Shown piece by piece: positions 1 through 8,700 of a DNA stretch of 25,897 bases. The position numbers and the translations under genes are program-made. Origin of the DNA: a virus (taxonomy: Duplodnaviria; Caudoviricetes); the IMG/VR virus record IMGVR_UViG_3300049810_001502, positions 1 through 25,897 of that record. The stretch is one strand, 5' to 3'. The first letter of the stretch is position 1. Each line of letters begins with the position of its first letter. The notes under the pieces were generated by a model. The model was not told the origin of the DNA, searched no databases, and saw only the letters and a list, made by a program, of their open reading frames with translations.

Positions 1-125
1 ATAGCATCAACATCAGAACTATTATTCCATCCTGTTGATCTGAGATACAAGACAGCTTTACCTTTCAAGGTAGCATATCGCTCAATAAAATTATCAAGAT
101 AAAATGCGTCGTAGGATGTGTTCAT
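1..125 (-). CDS. Hypothetical phage protein, 5' part only (runs off window start)
   Basis: Not in the ORF track. ATG at 125 overlaps the TGA stop of the upstream gene (ATGA). The frame is open to base 1: MNTSYDAFYLDNFIERYATLKGKAVLYLRSTGWNNSSDVDA... Confidence 0.7.
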   Translation of the reverse strand, partial: MNTSYDAFYLDNFIERYATLKGKAVLYLRSTGWNNSSDVDA

Positions 126-637
126 TTTAGTATTAGTTTCCAAGCAATAGTTACTCTCAATCCAGAAAATAATCTAGATGTTCCCTCTGCCATGTGGGGT
201 GTGTTACCGGGGAAAAGAACAGCAGAGTTTGGTATAGGATTTTGATAAAATAATTCTTCTTTGTCAAGAAGAAATATAGTCTTCCCGCCCCACTCTGGTC
301 TCCAGTTAGAATTTGCATAATATAATAGGGTTCTCCCGTTTGGTTCATACCAATCAACATGGAATTCTCCTTGAGTACCAAATGTATGCCCATTAGCATA
401 CACATCATACAAATCATAATCTTGTTGGGTTTTTTCCCTAATGATATTTAGAAGATAATCAGAAAAGTATGTGTCATCTAAAAGATCCATACGCCAAAAT
501 GGTATGCCAAGAGAATTGTTATTCTCATCTACATGTGATCCATGCCCATGTCTCCATCGTGGTTCATTTATTTTAGATGTAATTCTTTCTACTACATTAA
601 AAGAAAAAAACCTGTCATATTGTATAATATCATTCAT
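122..637 (-). CDS. Fe(II)/2-oxoglutarate-dependent dioxygenase (prolyl-4-hydroxylase-like)
   Basis: HxD (FHVDW), LLYY...W..EWGG.T.F, distal His (TPHMA) and 2OG-binding Arg (LRVTIAWK). ATGA overlaps at both ends. Confidence 0.9.
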   Translation of the reverse strand: MNDIIQYDRFFSFNVVERITSKINEPRWRHGHGSHVDENNNSLGIPFWRMDLLDDTYFSDYLLNIIREKTQQDYDLYDVYANGHTFGTQGEFHVDWYEPNGRTLLYYANSNWRPEWGGKTIFLLDKEELFYQNPIPNSAVLFPGNTPHMAEGTSRLFSGLRVTIAWKLILK

Positions 638-1110
638 ACTTCAATCCAACATACGAATACATCTCTCCTACCACATTTTACCTCATTTACTCTATGAAGT
701 AAATTGCCTGGATATATTACTGCTTTGCCTTTAGATAATTTAATACTACGTTCATTCTCTATCACTAACTCACCGCCATCATAATCATCATTAAGAAAAC
801 AAGTCATACTATAATCTGATCTCACACCACCACAAGGATTAGCATCATAATGATTATCATACATGCCCCCAACATCATACTTGACAAAATATATCTGTGA
901 TATTATTGACGCAGTGAATGGCAATTTGTTTGCTATTATATCACGACAATACATATTCAAATCTAAATTACCAGGTCCATCAAACACAGTCTGACAGACC
1001 TTATTAGCATCTAGATTACTTTTCGTACCATCTTCAAATGTTAAGTATTTGAAGTATTGTGTGATATGTGATATCTGCTCATCATTTAGTAAATCAATCT
1101 CACATATCAT
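634..1110 (-). CDS. PKHD-type (PiuC/YbiX-like) Fe(II)/2OG hydroxylase
   Basis: Y..GG.Y..HYD...RSD.S.T.FLN..YDGGEL.I...KL..G.AV.YP...LHRV.EV..G.R...V.WI closely follows the PKHD/PiuC pattern. Confidence 0.88.
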   Translation of the reverse strand: MICEIDLLNDEQISHITQYFKYLTFEDGTKSNLDANKVCQTVFDGPGNLDLNMYCRDIIANKLPFTASIISQIYFVKYDVGGMYDNHYDANPCGGVRSDYSMTCFLNDDYDGGELVIENERSIKLSKGKAVIYPGNLLHRVNEVKCGRRDVFVCWIEV

Positions 1111-2054
1111 AGTTCATTTTCATCGACAAAGAATCTATCCCAATCTACTTCAACATCCTCATTAATCTTCAATTCTTTCATCATATCCAAGATTTTCTGT
1201 GTAACTTTCTTAGTAGGAGCAATTCCTCTTTGTGCCAGGTTGAACATGTTGACCTCTCTATTCTTAAAGAAATCGGTTGATGCTTGAGAGTCATGCTTAA
1301 CCCATTGATTGGTATCATCAGCATCCATAAACGCAGGAGCATCTGTTACACCATCATCCAACTTTCCATCTACATACAGTTTCCTATATTTTGCTGGGTC
1401 GATTGGAAATTTAAGATTGTATGTATACTTAAAATATTCCAATCCAGAGTTATTAAATTCTGCATTTGTTGGAGCAGGTGTAGAGTTGTCTCTAATCCAC
1501 TTTCTCCACTTAATCCATTCTGCTTTTTCGCCTTCGTAAGTATCTTCAATATCAGGAAGAATTCTCCAATCAGACAGAGTTAGCATCTCACGCTTCTGCC
1601 TTTTTAGTTTATACATACGCTGCTCATAGAAAGCAACTTCTTTATCAACACCAGCAACTAAGGTATCAACTTTAAGGTTTTTAACCTCAACTACAACCGC
1701 AAAGAATGTTTTAACTAATTCATATAATTCCTTTGCCTGTTCATTTGTAGCACCGGTAAAGGAATATGTTTTCAAGTAATTGCTTTCAGTAGCAAAATCA
1801 TACTTTACTCTTTTCCTTTGGCAGAAATATGTTCCATCATTAAAGTATTGAAAGAACTCAAGTAAATCTTTGTCGGTATGCCAAAATTCGTCAACTGATG
1901 TGCTTAAGAATTTTTCTTTAATTTCAGCATCCATCTTATATCGCTTACCATTATATTCGGTAGGCAGCAAAGTAAATCCTGAGTCAGGACTTCCACCTTC
2001 TAGTATGGTATCGTTTGCGAAATCAACTTGAATAAGAGCTATTTTTTGTTCCAT
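1107..2054 (-). CDS. Putative tail-fibre assembly chaperone-domain protein
   Basis: Central motif KRQKREMLTLSDWRILPD...EWIKWRKWIRD..P resembles the phage tail assembly chaperone pattern R..LL..SDW..LPD...W..YR..LRD.P. The gene lies downstream of tail-fibre genes. Confidence 0.65.
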   Translation of the reverse strand: MEQKIALIQVDFANDTILEGGSPDSGFTLLPTEYNGKRYKMDAEIKEKFLSTSVDEFWHTDKDLLEFFQYFNDGTYFCQRKRVKYDFATESNYLKTYSFTGATNEQAKELYELVKTFFAVVVEVKNLKVDTLVAGVDKEVAFYEQRMYKLKRQKREMLTLSDWRILPDIEDTYEGEKAEWIKWRKWIRDNSTPAPTNAEFNNSGLEYFKYTYNLKFPIDPAKYRKLYVDGKLDDGVTDAPAFMDADDTNQWVKHDSQASTDFFKNREVNMFNLAQRGIAPTKKVTQKILDMMKELKINEDVEVDWDRFFVDENEL

Positions 2055-2060
2055 GGGTCG

Positions 2061-2726
2061 TTAATTACGTTTAATGTACCATCCTGTCAAAATATATTTA
2101 TCTTCAGTCAAAACAGTATTGCCTTTATGTGTATGTGTATATCCTGCTGGCCAGATAACTACCGTGCCTGCCGTTGGTTTAATTCTTCTTCTTTGATACA
2201 AAAATTCTGTCTCTGCTTCACCATCTGGCATATCATTTAGATATATCATCCACACTATTTCTCGCATAGAGTGTGCTTCATCAGAATCTTCATAATGCCA
2301 AAGATGATACCCACCACCAGGAGGTGTTTTTTGTATTTTGATGTCAGAAGAAATTAAACTAGTTTTAGTTAATGATTGATATTGTGAGATGTAGTGTAAT
2401 ACACATGATCTTAGTATTGAATTGATCTTAAGTACCAAATCTCTGTTGGCATAATTTAATATAAATGCCATATCTTTTCTGTTCATCTCACCGCCATATA
2501 AATCTTGCGATTTAATAACACGATCAGCACTATCTACTTGAGATAAATCTAAACTTGGATTAATAACACATGCTTGTTCAATGGTATTGTCAATGAACTC
2601 ACGTAGTTCATCACACACTGGACGGGGCATAAAGTTTGGCCAAACACCAATAAAATCATCAAATTCAACTTTGGTTATATTAGGGTCAAGCATTAATTCA
2701 TGCGGTCTATAATCAGGTAATTTCAT
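2061..2726 (-). CDS. Fe(II)/2OG dioxygenase (221 aa; start moved to MKLPDY)
   Basis: IQKT.PGGGYH.WHYE...WMIYLND...ETEF...P..G..VIWPAG.TH.HKG...KYI.TGW. The ATG at 2726 sits 1 nt after the TAG of the fibre gene, so the 2852 start in the track (125-nt overlap) is unlikely. Confidence 0.88.
   Translation of the reverse strand: MKLPDYRPHELMLDPNITKVEFDDFIGVWPNFMPRPVCDELREFIDNTIEQACVINPSLDLSQVDSADRVIKSQDLYGGEMNRKDMAFILNYANRDLVLKINSILRSCVLHYISQYQSLTKTSLISSDIKIQKTPPGGGYHLWHYEDSDEAHSMREIVWMIYLNDMPDGEAETEFLYQRRRIKPTAGTVVIWPAGYTHTHKGNTVLTEDKYILTGWYIKRN
2095..2102 (-). promoter_or_regulatory. Possible T4-type late promoter (GATAAATA)
   Basis: Same octamer as at 5698-5705, about 40 nt upstream of the ATG at 2054. 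It lies inside coding sequence (D-K-Y codons), so it may be chance. Confidence 0.4.
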
Positions 2727-2727
2727 T

Positions 2728-5670
2728 CTAATATGCTTTGATGATATATTTAGTCTTATGGAATGGATTGATAATTGGTACTTGAATCTGTGGTGACATT
2801 GCAACACTAGGAACCGGTTTAGCAAAACTACTATTCCAGTTGAACGTAGCATCTGTCATATCCATAAAAATATCTGCTTGGGTAAATACCAGGTTAAGTT
2901 GAGTCACGCCATTTCCTAGTCCACTTGTAATGGTGCCAGCACCACCACTATTACCGGAACTAAAATCAAGTTGAGCATTCTGAACAATATCTTCTGTGAG
3001 GAAGTGAGCATGTGCATTTGTAAATCCACTAGTGGGAATATATTGCTCAATTGTAAATCTAGATGTTTCAGTATCAACAACAGCAGCTGCTGCGTTTTGG
3101 GTAGCGCCACCAGTAGATTGTAACGATGCCCCTGCTAAACCACTAACAGGAGATATCCACCAGGTCATAAAATCAACTGTTGCTTGATCATCATCATTCT
3201 CTGGTCCAAAATCAGATTGACCAGTGGCTCCACTTGGAACACTCACATTAACTTCCCAATTAGTTGGCAAATTAGCAGCTGCCCAATCTTTCAAATTAAA
3301 ACCATTGCCATAATACAATTTCATCTCATTTTCAAAAATTCCAAGACCACCAATAAAATCTGCCCATTTACCAGCAATATCATCAGAACTACCAACTTGA
3401 TTTCTATAAGTACTTCTTCCAGTGCTACCACCAAACATAGCCCTACCAGCAGGAGGACCCCATTTAATTAATGGATCTCCACCATCACCATCAGGAAGAG
3501 CGGCAACATATGCATGATCATGTAAAGGAACATTCACCACAACATCTTCCAATGGACCAATTATACCACTAACTTGACCAGCAACAGAAAATGTAATATC
3601 ATCTGTAACTGTTTCAAGACCAGATAATCTCACTGTGCCTAAAGTAAAAAATTCACTATTTACTCCAGTAGTTCCGGTTCCCTGGATTTGTTCTAGTGGT
3701 GGAGAACCCAAAACATCTATTTTATCGAAATACCAATATCCACCTTCAGCACCAACGCTAAGAATAGATCCACCACTATCAATTGGTAGTGAAGTAGAAT
3801 TACCTCTACTAGCATCAACTTGACCAGTTCCACACAGTCTTCTATTTCTATAGTCAGGAATATTAAAACTGGATCCAGACCCACCATACGTATATTGAAT
3901 TACATCAAATAACATAAAATATTGAGTAGTGTCTAAACTTTGACCTTCACATTTAATAAATCCTGGATATCTAGAGCTCAAATCTCCGTCCAAATCACCG
4001 TATCCAACTACTGTATTTTCTTTAAGGATAGGTATCACAGTGCCAATAGGATAACCATCAAATTTTGCTATTTTCTTACTATACCAAACACCTAAATTAT
4101 CTGGTGGTAGAGGTGCTGAGGCATAAGTTGTCGCTGTCCAAGTAAAAGGATTGTTCAAAGATCCTGTGCCCACTGTAACTACCGTAGACGCCCCCGTATT
4201 AAGATTTACTGATGTTAATAGTGTCAATGAGAATGACGTATTCACATTAGGATCAAAAGTTCTAGGACCAACAACAGGAGTATCAGAATCAATAGAGATT
4301 AAACATCCGTTTGTAGCACTAATAGTAATCGGTATATTGATGTCACTTATTGTAACTTGAGAACTACTCACATATGTGCTTGGAACTTGATTAGTTATAT
4401 CAAGTGGAGGAGTAAATATTGCATCACCATCTGGTCCACTACCAGTTATAACAGTCCATGTAGATATAGTACGTTCTCCTACTTTAATCTGTAAAGTTTT
4501 AGGAGTATTAAATGCAGTACTAGATTGTAAATAAATTGTTAACTTATCACCATTTTGCACAGATGTTGGAAATACACCAATAGATCCTGCATTAACTTTC
4601 ACACGAACTAAACTAGAATTCGTAGAAACTACCTCAACAGGAACAGATAAACCAGCTGTCAATCCAGTAATACCAGCAGGTGGTTGCGTATCCGATCCAA
4701 CTAACACATTGGTTAACTGACCAGTTTTATCTTGGAATGAAAAATTACCAGGTGTATCATCATCAGCAACACCAGTAGTAACTGTCCAGGTTGATCCGTT
4801 TGCAGTATCAGCAATAGACAAATCTGTAAATACAGGTGTTAGGTTAGCATTAGAACTTGGAATTCTTAATTGTAGGTAATCTCCATTAGATACAGTTCCA
4901 CTAGTGGACCAAGCAGCACCAAGTAATACATCAAACCCATTAACATTAGTGCTAGTATTACCAGATACAGATAAAGCATATTCACCTGTGCCACTAACAC
5001 TAATAGGACCGTCTTCACTCATTCCTTGTACTGTTAGAACTTCACTATAGATCATAGTATCTGGTTCTACCGGATTTAAATCAGTAAAATTTGGAAATGG
5101 TGTGGCAAAATTACCTGGGACAGCTTCATTTTGCACATCCCATGATTCAGTTGCTGTTCCAATCTCCAGAACAACTTTCATAATTTGAGTGTAAAAAGTA
5201 GAAGTTCTTCCTCTTACCTGTATCCTTGCGCCGTTCTCAACTGTTACAGCAGTAGTATTATCAATCCAACCAGTATCCCAACTTCCATTACCATCGTAAT
5301 CAATACGCATCGCAACATAATCAGTAACAGGAGCTCCTCCAGGTATAGGAACATTAGATGAAATACCTACAGCTGCCTGTGTAGTTGGTGTTAATCCACT
5401 AACAACAACAATTGATTCTCCTGGTCTACTACCATCAGCAAATGTATACAAAGTATCAACTTCAGCACCCTCAAATCCCTCCATGGGATATGGATCTGGA
5501 GTGAAATCCTCCTTGATCGTAATAATCAACCAATATTGAAGTAAGTCACCAATTTGAAGAGTGACTGTTTGGGTTGTATCCCAAGAAGAAGGTGCCTTAA
5601 ATTTAAACTGAACGTAATCGCCTTCGGACACGTAAAGTGGTTCATCATTTGGTGCAAATGAAAATGTCAT
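2728..5670 (-). CDS. Tail fibre protein with N-terminal Ig-like repeats and a tail-collar domain
   Basis: About 4.5 repeats of D.TP..F...V.NGD...W.V.T. Collar motif PIGTVIP...GFIKCEG....Y..LF.VI..TYGG....FNIPDYR at about 3824-4050. HxH motifs at 3514-3522 and 3004-3012. C-terminal YIIKAY. Confidence 0.85.
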   Translation of the reverse strand: MTFSFAPNDEPLYVSEGDYVQFKFKAPSSWDTTQTVTLQIGDLLQYWLIITIKEDFTPDPYPMEGFEGAEVDTLYTFADGSRPGESIVVVSGLTPTTQAAVGISSNVPIPGGAPVTDYVAMRIDYDGNGSWDTGWIDNTTAVTVENGARIQVRGRTSTFYTQIMKVVLEIGTATESWDVQNEAVPGNFATPFPNFTDLNPVEPDTMIYSEVLTVQGMSEDGPISVSGTGEYALSVSGNTSTNVNGFDVLLGAAWSTSGTVSNGDYLQLRIPSSNANLTPVFTDLSIADTANGSTWTVTTGVADDDTPGNFSFQDKTGQLTNVLVGSDTQPPAGITGLTAGLSVPVEVVSTNSSLVRVKVNAGSIGVFPTSVQNGDKLTIYLQSSTAFNTPKTLQIKVGERTISTWTVITGSGPDGDAIFTPPLDITNQVPSTYVSSSQVTISDINIPITISATNGCLISIDSDTPVVGPRTFDPNVNTSFSLTLLTSVNLNTGASTVVTVGTGSLNNPFTWTATTYASAPLPPDNLGVWYSKKIAKFDGYPIGTVIPILKENTVVGYGDLDGDLSSRYPGFIKCEGQSLDTTQYFMLFDVIQYTYGGSGSSFNIPDYRNRRLCGTGQVDASRGNSTSLPIDSGGSILSVGAEGGYWYFDKIDVLGSPPLEQIQGTGTTGVNSEFFTLGTVRLSGLETVTDDITFSVAGQVSGIIGPLEDVVVNVPLHDHAYVAALPDGDGGDPLIKWGPPAGRAMFGGSTGRSTYRNQVGSSDDIAGKWADFIGGLGIFENEMKLYYGNGFNLKDWAAANLPTNWEVNVSVPSGATGQSDFGPENDDDQATVDFMTWWISPVSGLAGASLQSTGGATQNAAAAVVDTETSRFTIEQYIPTSGFTNAHAHFLTEDIVQNAQLDFSSGNSGGAGTITSGLGNGVTQLNLVFTQADIFMDMTDATFNWNSSFAKPVPSVAMSPQIQVPIINPFHKTKYIIKAY

Positions 5671-5697
5671 TCCTCTTACATTGTATCCCAGTATTAG

Positions 5698-5705
5698 TAT
5701 TTATC
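5698..5705 (-). promoter_or_regulatory. T4-type late promoter (GATAAATA; consensus TATAAATA)
   Basis: Located in the only real intergenic gap of the window (5671-5712), 28 nt upstream of the fibre ATG. A purine-rich AAGAGGA directly precedes the ATG. Confidence 0.75.
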
Positions 5706-5712
5706 TATGATG

Positions 5713-8700
5713 TTATAGTTGACGAACATCTTTATAATCATTCTCTTGATTTGTGTCAACTTTAATAGGATAATTTGCTTTAATTTCAATATCAACATCA
5801 ATATCATCAATCAAAATCAACTCAGACAAAATATCTCCTTCTGGACTGAAAACTGGTTCTTGAGCCTTAAGTAATTCGTCCGAATCTGGAATATTTAAAT
5901 TGTCTGGTGTCTGATCAATATTTACTGTGGTAAGTTTGACATCATTAGCAGTGCCGCCTTCACCAACAACATCAATAGAAAAACTAATTTGAGAAGGACC
6001 AAAATTACTCCAAGGAACAGTTATGGGAACAGTTCCATTTGCCTTAGTTTGTGAATCAGGATCTCCCAATTCAGCACCAGTAGCAGGTGTTCTATTAATA
6101 GAAGTTCCTGTTGTTGTTGTACCATTCAAATAAGTATATGTTGGAGTAATACTTATACTAGTGTTAGCATATTGAGTATTGTATTGAATGTTAAAATTAT
6201 TTCCATAATCTACTTCGTTTGGAACTGTCAAAGATGCGGTTGGAATTTGTTTTACATTAATTGTGATACATGTTACAGGCGATTGTCCAGCAACTCCATC
6301 TAAAAAAGCACAATATGTTGTAGTATCTGTCGGACAAACTTGTGATGAACTAGTCAAATTTCCATTAGTTATAGTTCCAGTAGTCCACGTAATAGTGGAA
6401 GCATCTCCAGTATAACCCCAACTGATATTGGCACATGTTCCAACAATAATAGTAGTTTTATTAGCACTTATCTGAAGTGTTGGTGGAATTAAAACATTAA
6501 CTGTAACTTGTCGTGTTGTACTTCCTGCAGGACCAGTTGCTGTTAGAAGATATGTAGTATTTGATTGTGGAAATACAACAGCACTACTGACAAAATTACT
6601 GAACGTAGTAGCGTTTGATAAAACTCCTGGAGCAATATTAAGAGTATTAAGATCACCAAACGCAACCCAGTCTAACGTGACGGACTGCCCCTGAATAATT
6701 GTAACGATATTTGTTGTATTATTTACAGTAAAATTAGCACTAGGAGGAAGATATACAATATGACCCTCAATATATCTCTCACCAGCAGCACTAAGACTCA
6801 ATACAATTTCAATACCAGCATTAGCACAACGTGTCAAGAAATAATTATATGATGCCTGAACTGTAGAGAGTCTCATCGAACCGGAAATATCAATCCAGAT
6901 AGAAACAATTGTTCCATATGGCAAAGAACCAAAATTACAAATCGCAAACCAATCAGATCTATTACCAGCATTTCCTTCATCGCGATTAACACGAATTGGT
7001 CCAATTGCGTTAGGATCTGCTGGATATGCTGTAGGCACATCAATACCACCTTGCCCTGATGCTTGTGGATCTAGGATATAGAAAGTTCTGTATGGGAATG
7101 CTGTTCTAAATCCTCTACGATTATTTACAGCGCCACCAATAATAGCACTACCTGCCCACACATTATTTAAATTTGATTGATTATTATAATAACTATTATT
7201 TGTTTCATCAATGACAGATACACAAGTAACTAACTTCGCAAAATCTACTGCTGTAATATTACTTGATTTAACATTAAATTCTTCATCAATACTTACAGGA
7301 TCACTATTTGGTTTTATGAGATATACACCAGATTCAGTAGGCAAAGAGTTTCCACCAACCGAACTTCCCTGAACATAAGGAGGAGTGCCAATTTGTCTGA
7401 TATCATACCATTCATTTTGTTGATTGAGATCAATTTGAATAGGGTAATCACTTTTAACTTCTACTTTAATGTCAACATCATCAATTAAAAGCAAATCAGT
7501 TAAAACTTCTACATCAGGGGGAGTATAAATGGGTTGTTGATCTTTTATTAAATCTACACTCTCGGGAATGTTTAAATTATCAGGAGTATCATCAATAATG
7601 ATCGGTATAGTAATTACTTCTTCTTGGAACGTTCCCAGTTTACCAGTTGCTCTAACTACGTATGTAACACTCAATGGTCCTCGATCATCGTACGGTATTG
7701 TCGTAGTGTAAATATCCGTATTTTCTATGCCAGTAGATTCGGCACTATCATTAACAGATAAATTAGCAGCAGATGCTGTAGTAGATCCAACAAAATCATA
7801 CGTGTAAGTTGGTGTTATTGTGACAGACTCAGTAGCATATCTTGTAGTAACTTCGATATTGCCTTGTTGACCATATAAAATATTTGTTGGATAATCAACT
7901 TCTACTGTTGGAAAATAATAAACAACAACAGAAACTGAAGATACATCTGAAGTTCCGCCAAGTCCCGATACATATGCGGCATATGATGTAGTGGTTGTAG
8001 GACTGACATTACTATTACTACTAAGATTTGAATTAGTTATTCCACCAGAAACCCATACAATATTATCAGCATCTCCAGTTGTAACCCAAGAAAGATTAGC
8101 CACACTACCAAGCATCATTTCGATCTTATTGGTAGAAATAATAATAACAGGAGGAATGTAAACTACGATGGATACAGTAGCAGTATCAGTCAATCCACCA
8201 TAACCAGTAACAGTTAATGTATATGTTCTATCGTCTGGGGGATAAACATCAATAGAACCATTGGGAACATTAACTGCATTAACGCCATTATTAATGCTAC
8301 CAAAAAGAGAATTTGTAGATGTCCACGTTAATGTAGCTTTTTCTCCAGCAATGATAGGCGAAGGGTTAATAGTAAAACTATCAATTGTTGGAGCACCTAT
8401 GTTCCATTTTACTATAACAAATCCATTTCCAAAATTAGATGTTCCTGTATTATTAGTAAAAGAACAATAACTACTATCATAAGCAGACCGTCCACCATTA
8501 CCACCACGTCCGCCATAATTGTTGTCAAGTCCAAAGGCTCCACCAGAACCACCAGATGCGCCTCCGCCTCCTCCACCTCCCCCACCACCGTCAGTGGGAC
8601 ATGATGAACCAGTAGAACCACCACTAATACTGTTTATATTTCCAGTAAACATTCCGGTGCCAGCACCACCATTAGTAGCATTTCTATTCCAAGAAGCACC

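Noticed and set aside
2727-2852. N-terminal extension of the 263-aa ORF
   Set aside because: It overlaps the conserved fibre C-terminus, and the ATG at 2726 follows the upstream stop directly.
5671-5715. Stop-codon readthrough fusing the 1,859- and 980-aa proteins
   Set aside because: Two in-frame TAA codons would have to be passed, and the spacer has its own promoter motif and start. Non-covalent complementation is simpler.
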